A DNA stretch of 40,441 nucleotides from Octopus bimaculoides (lineage: Eukaryota). The DNA is taken from NCBI RefSeq assembly GCF_001194135.2, contig NC_069001.1, forward strand, positions 5,638,414 through 5,678,854, in the 5' to 3' direction. The translations under genes were made by a program, and so were the position numbers. The stretch's first letter is position 1, and every line of letters starts with the position of its first letter. This document shows positions 11,812-22,308 of the stretch, one piece after another. Below the pieces are notes generated by a model, which saw only the letters and a program-made list of their open reading frames with translations, did not search any database and had not been told where the DNA came from.

Positions 11812-11983
11812 GCCAACTACACTCTCTGAGTGGTTGGCGTTAGGAAGGGCATCCAGCTGTAGAAACTCTGCCAAATCAGACTGGAGCCTGGTGTTGCCAT
11901 CCGGTTTCACCAGTCCTCAGTCAAATCGTCCAACCCATGCTAGCATGGAAAGCGGACGTTAAACGATGATGATGATGATGATG
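11812..11983 (+). mobile_element. SINE family B 3' part with (GAT)n tail
   Basis: gagtggttggcgttaggaagggcatccagctgtagaaactctgcc...aacccatgctagcatggaaagcggacgttaaac(gat)6. Confidence 0.9.
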
Positions 11984-12153
11984 TATGAGACTCTTGTCAT
12001 TCTCTAACCTTTGCAAATTATTGATAATATGATGGTCACTTCTGTAGATTTCAATGTACAAATGTTTGAAGGAAAGGATTAAAATGAAAATCGATTAAAA
12101 ATTCATGCAATAGATACATAAATTCAATTTGATAATCTAAAGATATATATATA

Positions 12154-12409
12154 CAGCCATGGCCAAAAGTTTGGAACATTTTTTAGATATTAAAATTGCT
12201 ATGCCCAAGTATAATTTGATTCAAATATATGCAACAGAGAGATATACTTACCTAATAATTGGTTCAATGGTTCAATATCTTCTAATTGAACCATTAAATC
12301 AGTTATTGGGTAATTATATCTCTATGTTGTATATATTTGAATCAAATTATGCTAGGGCATGACAATTAAAATTTTTTTAGAAAACATTCCAAACTTTTGA
12401 TCATGACTA
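12154..12409. mobile_element. Tc1-derived fold-back MITE
   Basis: Begins TA|CAGCCATGGCCAAAAGTTTGG, a Tc1-type TIR start; ends ccaaacttttgatcatgacta; the two ~120-bp halves are reverse complements along the whole length with a loop of under 10 nt. Confidence 0.85.
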
Positions 12410-12420
12410 CACACACACGC

Positions 12421-12470
<50 letters not shown>

Positions 12471-12474
12471 TGAG

Positions 12475-12780
12475 TGTTGGGCCTCACAGAGGCAATGACC
12501 GAGACATTTGGCATTATGTTGTGCTTGAAAAGAAGACCCATCAAGCTGAGCAAAATTAATCTCGTGTCAGATATCGGTGTCCCACAAGGGGCACCCATGT
12601 TGGTGCCACATAAAAGCACCTATTACATATTCAGAGTGGTTGGCATTAGAAAGGGCATCCAGCCATAGAAAAGCATGCCAAATCAGACTGGAATCTAGTA
12701 CAGCATTCCAACTTACCAGCCCTCGTCAGACCATCCAACTCATGTCAGCCTGGACAATGGACGTTTGATGATGATGATGA
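12475..12780 (+). mobile_element. SINE family B, long form
   Basis: gaccgagacatttggcatt...ggtgccacataaaagcacc...gagtggttggcattagaaagggcatccagcc...ggacgttt(gat)n; parallels 19410-19725. Confidence 0.85.
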
Positions 12781-12833
12781 TATATATATACATATATATA
12801 TAATCAAATTTTTTACTTCTTCTTTGGATGCAG

Positions 12834-12923
12834 AGTTTCCTCTTACACTGGCATTGAGAGAGATTTAGATAATCAACCTGGTGAACGTGATGAGGAATGC
12901 AATGATTCAGGCAAACAAATATG
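12834..12923 (+). CDS. Weak candidate exon (90 nt, phase 2-2)
   Basis: Acceptor ttttttacttcttctttggatgcAG, donor atatg|GTAGTT; single open frame VSSYTGIERDLDNQPGERDEECNDSGKQI. Confidence 0.2.
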
Positions 12924-13029
12924 GTAGTTGAGAGAAAAGCCTATTGTTTTAATTCTCCTAATTTTTCTTCTTTTTTTCTGTGTATGATTCTGAGCCTTCG
13001 CTTATTTGCAATCATTACTCTTGAGCTTT

Positions 13030-13337
13030 GTGGTTGGGGCATTTGGCTTGTGATCCTAAGGTCGTGAGTTCAATTCCTGGTGGTGCGTTGTGTCCTTGAG
13101 CAAGACACTTTATTACATGTTGTTCCAGTCCACTCAGCTGGCAAAAACAAGTAGTACCAGTAATTCAAAGGGCCAGCCTTGTCACACTCAGTGTCACACT
13201 GAATCTCCCTGCGAACTACGTTAAGGGTATGCGTGTCTGTGGAGTGCTCAGCCACTTGCATGTTAATTTCATGAGCAGGCGGTTCCTTTGATCTGATCAG
13301 CTGGGACCTTCATCATCATAAACGATGGAGTGCCAGT
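13030..13337 (+). mobile_element. SINE family D, near full length
   Basis: gtggttggggcatt (A-box region), gtgagttcaattcc (B box), gtgtccttgagcaagacacttt, ccagtccactcagctgg, ending ggagtgccag. Confidence 0.9.
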
Positions 13338-13354
13338 TATAGTTCTATACAACT

Positions 13355-13815
13355 ATTTATTTTTTGCCTCAGGAACCCAAGTGGAGGGCGAAGTTAGGGG
13401 CCCAAGTCTGAGAAGATTGACCTTGGGCTGAACCAGCCCTTAATTTCATCAAACCATTTGGAGTTACAACACAGTATACGATTTATTTTTTTTTAGCTCA
13501 GGAACCNNNNNNNNNNNNATTTGGAGTTACAACACAGTATACGATTTATTTTTTTTTAGCTCAGGAACCCAAGTGGAGGGCAAGGTTACACACAGGGTCC
13601 CAAGTCTGAGAGGATTAAACTTGGGTTGAACGAGCCCTTAATTTCATCAAAACATTTGGAGTTACAACACAGTATACGATTTATTTTTTTTTAGCTCAGG
13701 AACCCAAGTGGAGGGCAAGGTTACACACAGGGTCCCAAGTCTGAGAGGATTAAACTTGGGTTGAACCAGCCCTTAATTTCATCAAAACATTTGGAGTTAC
13801 AACAAAGTATATAAT
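13355..13815. repeat. 135-bp tandem repeat (at least 3.4 copies, interrupted by a gap)
   Basis: atttggagttacaac at 13456, 13519, 13654 and 13789 (period 135 for the last three); the leftmost unit is more diverged. Confidence 0.9.
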
Positions 13816-13912
13816 TTCACGTTGAAAGACCCAAACTCTGATCAGAACCCGGTTTCAAACAGTTATGATGTGGATACATGGGGAGATCATACCTTAACCT
13901 CTCAACACCGAG
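13816..13912 (-). mobile_element. Possible tRNA-like SINE head whose 3' portion forms the 135-bp array
   Basis: Minus strand ggtgttgagaggttaagg (A-box-like), then tgtttgaaaccggg (B-box-like), runs straight into the repeat unit, which ends in aaaaaaaaaataaat. Confidence 0.4.
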
Positions 13913-15227
13913 CATAAAGCTGCTTTCCTCACTCTATATTCACACTCATTGTGAGGTGCCTCTTTAGTCTTGTGAGTCACATGGCAACCTCACTAATGTT
14001 GGTGCCACAAGAAAAGCACCCAGTACACTTGTTGACTAGACTGTCGACCATTATTTACTTTTGATCAGACTATTTTTTGCCATAATTCTTGTTTATGGTG
14101 GCGATATCAAAGTTGCATTATACAACATATGAATCAACAGGCCGTGATATCTATACACAGCATATTTTATGAGAAAATGTGTGCTTCGACATTAAATGCA
14201 ACATATTATCTCAGTACACTTTTGTAACAGTCAACATTTCAATTTGATCATTGGTTCATGTTCTTTGAGAAATTATGATGACCTTATATACATACGAATG
14301 TGCACACACACACACACATGTATGTATGTATGTATGTGTAATGTTTCTGCTTTACCGAAATGGCAGTTGTTCTGCTTGGAACAGGAGGGGACAATAAACA
14401 TGATTACGGTTTGCAAAGAATTAACCAACTGAATCAGGATTATGATTCACTGAGCTTTATTCCTTTTGTTCTTAAGAGGAAAGAAAGTTTGGGACATAAT
14501 GCTCATGAAAAACAACTACAGCAACAACAACAACAACAACAATGATAATAATAATAATAATAATAATCATAGACAAGAATGCAGATGGCCCTGTTAAGCA
14601 CACAGTATGATGCAACAAATCAATGATTTTGAAATATTTCAGTTGGGAAGATAATTATCACAGGAGAACTTTGCTGATAGTTATTGCAAATTTGCAGAAG
14701 GACAGCTCCAATGAGTTTGAAAGATTTAACAGGAATTACGAGCAAAATGTTACGGATCAAATGCAAATGACAACCAAAATGAGCGTATTGGTAGTTATGG
14801 TGTGTTTCCATGCTTGTTCAAAAGAGGAACAACAAGATTCTGCAAAATCTCAATGCTGTTGTTGATTCGATAAATGAGGAAATTACCAATGTGTTTTGAT
14901 GTGAGAATCGGTCACTTGCAAAAGCATTGATCTCTGCAATGATGCAGTAGAATCTGTACCATTATCCTGTGGAGTTCCTAAGTAGCTGTAACTTTGGCGG
15001 ACTGCACTCCACCGACATTCTTTGATCTTCATAAAAAAAAAAAGACAAAAAAGGATATGTCATAAAGCTATTGTGGAATTTAAATAAGGTTAATGGGCTT
15101 TGAAGCAGAACAAGAGCTCTAATAAATCTTTTATATAAGCCATGATTGAAAGCAACATTACCAGCGAAGGTGAACATTAGGGGAGAAAAAAATTCCCCAA
15201 AATACCTGTTGTTCTGTTATGAATTAG

Positions 15228-15425
15228 CCCTTTAGCATTCCAATCACTTTGTCAAATGTAATGCTCATTTATTCATTGTTTTGAATTAATCATGCATTAT
15301 CTTGTAGCTTTGAGATTTTGGTAATGTAAGTGCTTAATTGCAAAATGACATTGTAGGGGAGGTGTGACAAGCCAGATATGAACAGTTTAACATAAAACAG
15401 AATATTTGAGCTGAATATAGCTGCT
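15228..15425 (+). mobile_element. piggyBac-like (TTAA) MITE, right end displaced by a nested insertion
   Basis: Starts ttag|CCCTTTAGCATT; the body (cattgttttgaattaatcatgcatta..gtagctttgagattttg) matches the intact copy at 35296. Confidence 0.8.
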
Positions 15426-15429
15426 TTAA

Positions 15430-15610
15430 CCCTTTCATTACCAGCCTGGCTGAAACTGGCTCTGGCTCTGGCTCTGAGACAAGTGTTTTGTTTTCAGAAA
15501 TCATTTAAAATCTTCCACCAAACCTTAGTCACAATTTATGTTCCTAACACTAGCTGAATGATAACTTAGTTATTTTACTAGATTCTTTGTTGTATTTAAA
15601 ATTAATTGAA
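15430..15610 (+). mobile_element. Second TTAA-type element (left end) inserted at an internal TTAA
   Basis: TTAA (15426-15429) is followed by CCCTTTCATTACC; no right TIR found; right boundary approximate. Confidence 0.55.
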
Positions 15611-16289
15611 TGCTACTTACAGAGTAATGTGGACTAACCAAGTTATATAGGTAGGGAGCGAGCTAATTAAAGGGATGATTTGAGAAGATGGAAAGGGGCA
15701 GTTTGTAATGGTGAAGTGGGAAGATAGGCATGAGGGATCACTGCCAGGAAATGATGAGGAAGGGATGGTGATAGAGAACCTAAAAGTAACAGGATGGAGA
15801 AGGACAATGAGAACTGATGATAAACATGTCTCATAAATGCTTTCTGGGTGATTAGTGGAGAGGAATGGTCAATACACAATGGGAAAGAGAGAAGAGGATT
15901 AAGCAGAAAAGAAGAAAAAACAGATGAGTAGGATTATTGAGAAATGAGAACATTTAGTAGATATATTTGTCTTCATAAAATAACCTTGCTATGATATTGT
16001 AGTCATCTATCTCGTATAAAGTCATTTGGGATTTGCTAAATTAATGAATATAGGTATAAATAGATAATAAAATTTAAAACGAGGACACAAAGTGGTGTTT
16101 AGAGATTTGTGCTTGTTTATAGCAAATTATGCTATAATTAGTGCACACATATAATAAATATAAATATTTGATATTTATATATTCAGTAAGTTGTTTTCAG
16201 CATGACTTCAAACTGTGTCTGGTAGTGAGGCCTTAGTCTGGGAGTTCTAGGGTTTGCAGGAGTGTGAAACCACCTCTTAGCCACTTTTG

Positions 16290-16620
16290 TTCCCAGGCTC
16301 ACTCAAACCCAGAGTAGTAGCACCTGAGAGGGTCCCAGCTATGGGTTAATCAGCATATGATGGAAGAAATTCCAAGTACAAACCCTAATTGCCTTGTGAG
16401 TGCCTTGGGAAGGGAAAAAGCTTGGGGTGTCAACCTCCACAGCAAATCAAGGAATGGGCTGGCAATTCCAGTGTAGGTGGATCTCTTTAGCCCTGTGAGG
16501 CCACTCAACTAGGAGAGGGCCACTTCAGTGTAAAACCTACAGGTTGCTGGGTCACTTCAGCTATCTTAGGTCAATGAGCCACTGTGGCCAGACCATCAAG
16601 TCTAAAGGGTAGGATTGGAC
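16290..16620 (+). mobile_element. Probable 5' UTR relic of an RTE-clade LINE
   Basis: Motifs gtagcacctgagagggtcccagctatggg, aaaccctaattgccttg..gggaaaaagcttggggtgtcaacc and caactaggagagggccacttcagtgtaaaacc resemble RTE 5' UTR motifs as I recall them; no ORF remains. Confidence 0.35.
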
Positions 16621-16737
16621 TGTGTGGACTGACTCTCACTTTAAAACTACAAAGCATAGGCAGGAAGAAAATCCCTGCAACATCAAGGGTCAGTTTACAT
16701 GGACACTTGAGGGCATGCCACTCTTTCTTATCCACAA

Positions 16738-16882
16738 AACTTAGCAGTTCAGCAAAAGAGACCGATAGAATAAGTACCAGGCTTACAGAGAATAAATCCT
16801 GGAGTCTATTTGTTCAACTGAAGACAGTGCTCCAGCACGGCCACAGCCAAATGACTGAAACAAATAAAAGAATAAAAGAATA
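16738..16882 (+). mobile_element. SINE-like family C with (AAAAGAAT)n tail
   Basis: aacttagcagttcagcaaaagagaccgatagaataagtacc...gtgctccagcacggccacagccaaatgactgaaacaaataaaagaataaaagaat. Confidence 0.85.
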
Positions 16883-17223
16883 TTCAAATATTAAACCAAG
16901 TCTCTGTACTTTTCTGTGTAGAATGGATTACATTTGTCTGATTCATTTCAACACATGATTAACAATAACACAATGCATATGAATAGTGCAAATTTTTCTA
17001 TCTTTCAGTTTCATGTGTTGGGATAAAGAGGAGGAACTAATTATATTTCTGATTCTGAAGGAATGAGTATGTTGTGTTTATCTAAGTTTAAAAGTATTTT
17101 CTCTTACCATATACACCTACGCTTGTCATTATCTGTTGACAAGTATTTGCCATAACATGGGAAGGTTATGGTGTTGACGAAATTGCCTTCTGATGGATAG
17201 CACGAAATGTTTCCCATATGAGA

Positions 17224-17273
17224 TGTTTCAAATATCTAATCACAACCTTGGTTGTTGTTGGATATTTGAAGCG
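17224..17273 (+). other. 24-bp stem hairpin
   Basis: tgtttcaaatatctaatcacaacc-tt-ggttgttgttggatatttgaagcg: 19 Watson-Crick pairs, 4 G:U and 1 mismatch on the plus strand. Confidence 0.75.
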
Positions 17274-17559
17274 AAATATTATTTAAGCATACATAGCAAG
17301 CCTAAACATTGTTTTTATTGAATATGACAAAGTATGAATAAGTTAAATGGCAAATGCAAGTTACAGCCATGCTCTCTCTCTCTCTCTTTATATGTATGTA
17401 TAAAGGTCATCTTGTTTACTTAGCTTCTTCTAGAAACTAATTCATACAAAAGAGAAATGTATGGGAGAGCATTGTCATGTCAACTATTGTTATTACTGCA
17501 ATATTTCTACCTTATTAACAATGTATACATGTGTCTTTGCGTCTGTACTTGTATCCTAC

Positions 17560-17760
17560 CGCTGCTTAGCAACTGGTGTTGGCGTGTTTACTTCCCCATG
17601 ACTTAGGCATTCAGCAAAAGGACCCGATACAATAAGCACCAGCTTTTAGAAAATGAAAGTGTTGAGGTCAATTCATTCAAGTGAAATTCCTCAAGATGAT
17701 GCTCCGGCATGGCTGTAGTCTAATGACCGACACAAGTAAAAGATAAAAGATAATAAAAGC
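17560..17760 (+). mobile_element. SINE-like family C (older copy)
   Basis: ggtgttggcgtgtttacttccccatgacttagg...gctccggcatggctgtagtctaatgaccgacacaagtaaaagataaaagat. Confidence 0.75.
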
Positions 17761-17785
17761 TAAAAGAGCTTGCTGTTTATTTTTA

Positions 17786-17927
17786 GGTGCTGGCATAGCT
17801 GTGTGGTAAGAAGTTTGCTTCCCAACCTTCCCAACCACATGGTTCTGGGTTCAGTTCCACTGTGTAGCACTTTGAGCCAACCAAAGTCCTGTGAGTGGAT
17901 TTGGTAGATAGAAACTGAAAGAAGCCT
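17786..17927 (+). mobile_element. SINE family A with internal deletion and a short local duplication
   Basis: ggcatagctgtgtggtaagaagtttgcttcccaaccttcccaaccacatggttctgggttcagttcc...gaaactgaaagaagcc. Confidence 0.85.
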
Positions 17928-17987
17928 CATTGTTAACAATAACACTAACTACGAGGTGTTGAAGTACATGTACACACACATACATAA

Positions 17988-18029
<42 letters not shown>

Positions 18030-18135
18030 GTAAAATTAAATAATAAAGGTAGAAATTGATATTAATCAATTAAAACCATTGATTTGGCATATTTAAAAAA
18101 TCCGAAGATTAAAAATTATGTTACATACAAAATTT

Positions 18136-18172
<37 letters not shown>

Positions 18173-18324
18173 NNNNNNNNNNNNNNNNNNNNNNNNNNNN
18201 NNNNNNNNNNNNNNNNNNNNNNNNNNNNNNNNNNNNNNNNNNNNNNNNNNNNNNNNNNNNNNNNNNNNNNNNNNNNNNNNNNNNNNNNNNNNNNNNNNNN
18301 NNNNNNNNNNNNNNNNNNNNNNNN

Positions 18325-18358
<34 letters not shown>

Positions 18359-18886
18359 ATTCGTCTGCATGAATCATTCAAATGATATAAATGTTAATAA
18401 AATGACTTCTAGCAATGGAAACCTTTAATGAACATAATGATGTTGACATTTTAGACATTTTTGCTCCACCTGCTGCACTCTGAGCAGTTATGAATGTATG
18501 TTTAGGCATTGTATACATGTATATACGTGTGAGCATGTGTGTGTGTATGAGTGAGTGTGGATGTATTTCTCATTGTATGGATGTGTGTTTATGTGCGTGC
18601 ATGCATGAATATATATATATAATATATATATGTACATGCACATATATATTTTTTACACGCATACACTCACATGATAATGTATTTACATATATGTACATGG
18701 ATACGTATTTATATTTTATATATGTGCCTACATACAAACACATATATACACACATACACACACACATATGTGTGTGTGTGTACAATTTAATATAATGTGA
18801 GTAATAACATTGCAAGGTACATTTCAAAGCTCCTCTATGGCCATTGGCCACCACATGCTAACATACAGCAAGAATTCTTTTACTAG

Positions 18887-19048
18887 ATACACCTGTGGAA
18901 ATCCATTACAGAATTCATACAAAAAAGAAAAGTTATAATACAATATGATAGAACGAAGAGAGGCTTTAATCCAAATTGCGACAATTGTTTCTGTACATTG
19001 CCATCTTCTGTTAATTGCAGAGCATTTCATATACTTGCACTTCATCAG
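18887..19048 (+). CDS. Candidate internal exon (162 nt, phase 0-0)
   Basis: Acceptor aattcttttactAG, near-consensus donor catcag|GTGAGT; 54 codons open: IHLWKSITEFIQKRKVIIQYDRTKRGFNPNCDNCFCTLPSSVNCRAFHILALHQ. Protein not recognised. Confidence 0.3.
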
Positions 19049-19204
19049 GTGAGTGGCTTTGAAAGCACTGCTGGATCACTTATAGTTTACCATTGTTTTA
19101 CTATGACTATACATATATACCGTATCTTAACATGCATAAGGAATCCCTTTTTGTCGTCCACGGCAAGAGAATCCATCATATATGTATATAGTGTGAAGGC
19201 AGAT

Positions 19205-19310
19205 GGCCTTGTGGTTAGGGTATTGCACTCGTTTGGTTCCCAGACTAAGCAGCACATTGTGTTCTTGAGTAAATCACTTTATTTCATGCTGTTCCAGTCC
19301 ATTCAATTGT
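19205..19310 (+). mobile_element. SINE family D 5' fragment
   Basis: ggccttgtggttagggtattg...ttgtgttcttgagtaaatcactttatttcatgctgttccagtccattca. Confidence 0.65.
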
Positions 19311-19409
19311 AAAGGAGCCACTCTGGGGTGAAACAGCTTTCTGATCAGAGGGAATATTGGCCTGCTTGCCTACTCCAGTGGGTGGCATCATTCAAAAGGT
19401 AAAATACTG

Positions 19410-19725
19410 TGAAGCACATTGTGACCGAGACCTTTGGCAATGTGCTGTGCTTGAGAAGAAGACCATTTAAGCCAAGTGAAATCGTAGTTGTGGCAGATAC
19501 TGATGTCACACAACTGGCACAAGTGCCAGTGGCACATAAAAGCACCCATTGCACTCTCAGAGTGGTTGGCTTTAGGAAGGGCATCCAGCCATAGAAACCA
19601 TGCCAAATCAGACTGGAGTCTGGAGCAGCCCCTTAGCTCACCAGCCCTGGTCAAACCATCCAATCTATGCCAGCATGGACAATGGACATTAAATGATGAC
19701 GAAGATGGCAATGATGATGAATGAA
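19410..19725 (+). mobile_element. SINE family B, long form
   Basis: gaccgagacctttggcaatg...ggcacataaaagcacc...gagtggttggctttaggaagggcatccagcc...ggacattaaatgatgac. Confidence 0.85.
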
Positions 19726-20783
19726 GTCAAATCAAATAATAATATTTTGAAAGCATTTAATATGTGCGTTTCAGCTCAGTGTAGTATATAACAAGAAATA
19801 CATTGCCTTACACAAGATCTTCTTCAGTTAATACATTTTAAATATATACATACACACATATATATGCACATACACACACACACACACACTCCTAAGTAGC
19901 TATACATACATGTATCTATATATACATACACACATCAACACAAACTTTCAAATATTCATACAAAGAACTTGTGTTAAAGGGTAAAACTGCCATAAAGAAA
20001 CCACAATGGAAAGCCGCAGTCATCAATACCTATTATGGTTCACCAGTTAAATAATTATCTCTTGTTCAAAGACAAGAATACACCAGTTTCAATTAAGAAA
20101 ATGAAAGTCTACACAGCATTTTAGTTATTCATATACTCTCTCTCTCTTTTTTCTTTTTTTTTTTTTTCTGAACAGCTTGTAAGAACTTGCTATACAGATA
20201 AACAGTTTTTCCCCCTTTTTCTTACGTCTATTTTTTTTAATGATTTCTATTCATTTTATTTATTTATATTTATTTATTATTATTATCATTATTATTATTA
20301 TTATTGTTGTTGTTGATATTTTTTGTTTTATTTTGTTTTTGAGTTTTTGCATTCGTTTTGACAAAGTCATCACCCATTCAACTTGTGTCTTAAGCCATCT
20401 GAGGAAGAAATTGGTGTAGTTACATACACAGAAATGGTATGTATGCATGTATGTAAGTATATATGTATGTGTATATGAATGTAGGCATGTATGTGTATAT
20501 GTATGTATATATGGATGCATGTGTGTATGTATAGATGTATATATGTATGTATGTATCTATGTTTATATGTATGTATGTATGCATTTGTGTGTGTGTGGGT
20601 ATGTATGTGTCTGTGTGACTGTACGTATGTGCTTGTGTGGATGTATGTATGGATGTACATAAGTACATACGTATGTATGCATTTGAATTCATTATAGCAG
20701 ACTGAATAGGAATTGAACCAGTATCTCCTTAGATGAAACCATCACTTCATGAGGTTAACACAATCTCTGATCATATATATATC

Positions 20784-21220
20784 GTGGTCAATGCCAGTGC
20801 CACCTGAGCGGCACCTGTGCTGGTGGCACGTAATAAGCACCATTTAAGCGTGGGTCAATGCCAGGGCTGCCTAACTGGCTCCCCATGGCACTGGCACTTA
20901 AAAGGCGCCGTCCGAATGTGGTCAATGCTGGTGCCACCTGAGTGGCTCTCATGCCATAGGCATTTAAAAAGCACTGTTTGAATGTGGCTGATGCCAGTGC
21001 TCCCCAGCTGGTTCCCATGCCGGTGGCACATAAAAGGCACCCACTACACTCTCAGAATGGTTGGCATTTGAGAGGGCATCTAGCTGTAGAAAAACTGCCA
21101 GATCAGCTTGGAGCCTGGTGCATCCTCCTGGCTTTGCCAGTCGTCAGTCAAACCATCCAACCCATGCCAGCATGGAAAGCAGACATTAAAACGACGACGA
21201 TGATGATGATGATGATGATG
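20784..21220 (+). mobile_element. SINE family B with four internal ~66-bp tandem subunits
   Basis: gtggtcaatgcc..tgcc..ctga..ggc.cc..tgc.ggtggcac.taaaa.gcacc repeats four times before the standard 3' end and (GAT)n tail. Confidence 0.85.
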
Positions 21221-21399
21221 GTATATATGTTTATATTTATTTTTGGTTTACTCAGACTCATGCTACTCTGAGTTTCACCTAGTCACATGACTGAAGGGGG
21301 GGGGGCACTGCTATATAGACATGTGTGTGTGCATGTGTGTGTGTGTGTGTGAGGAAAAATAATCACTCCCAACACAAACGTCATTACTTCCTTTACTAC

Positions 21400-21783
21400 T
21401 ACTACTACTACCTAATATAGCAATACCATCATTAGTACCACTTCACACACTACTGACATCATACAACAGAACACTTATTATACTACTACTACTACTACCA
21501 CCACCACCACTGCTACCACCATACCCCTCCAGTGAACATCACCACCACCACTGCTAATGCCGCCACCACCACTACCACCACCATACTGCCCATCTCCATC
21601 ACCACTACCACCACCTTCAAGCTTAACACCACCACCACCACTACTACTATACTACTACTACTACTACCTCTGCTACCACCACCACCTGTTCTATTACTCT
21701 CCCCTACGACTTATCAAGACCACGGCAACAATTATCACCAATGCAGCCAGCACCGCTCCCAAAACCACCACCACCACCACCAC
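21400..21783. repeat. Degenerate (ACT/ACC)n repeat
   Basis: actactact...accaccacc triplets running into the N gap. Confidence 0.85.
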
Positions 21784-22308
21784 NNNNNNNNNNNNNNNNN
21801 NNNNNNNNNNNNNNNNNNNNNNNNNNNNNNNNNNNNNNNNNNNNNNNNNNNNNNNNNNNNNNNNNNNNNNNNNNNNNNNNNNNNNNNNNNNNNNNNNNNN
21901 NNNNNNNNNNNNNNNNNNNNNNNNNNNNNNNNNNNNNNNNNNNNNNNNNNNNNNNNNNNNNNNNCAGCGCCACACCCATCCCCGCCGCCACTATGGTATT
22001 AGTTAGCTGTTATGAAATCTTCAAAAGAAATTCTAATTAAATTTCCTATAATTCTAACAAACCTATCACAGTTATCTCCCTTGTTTATGCCAACCACCAC
22101 TACAAAGACTTTCAACAAAAAGCCTTTTATGTGAGTGGCCACTGGCTGTTGATGCTTCTTCTTCTTCTTATCATTATTATTATTGTCATAGGGTGGTGAG
22201 GAAGAGGAGGAGGAGGAGGCAGAATTACTGGAATATCTCAGAGATAAAATGAGCATGCTGCAATAATTTACTCATTTTAGGTGCTGTGTTCAAATTCTAC
22301 CATCTTCA

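Noticed and set aside
13355-13815. CRISPR-like or hammerhead-bearing array
   Set aside because: The units are full-length near-identical repeats with no unique spacers, the DNA is eukaryotic, and ctgagagg lacks the CUGANGA...GAAA core.
17016-17080. Plus-strand acceptor/donor pair around a 58-nt segment
   Set aside because: All three frames contain or end in a stop; no support as a coding exon.
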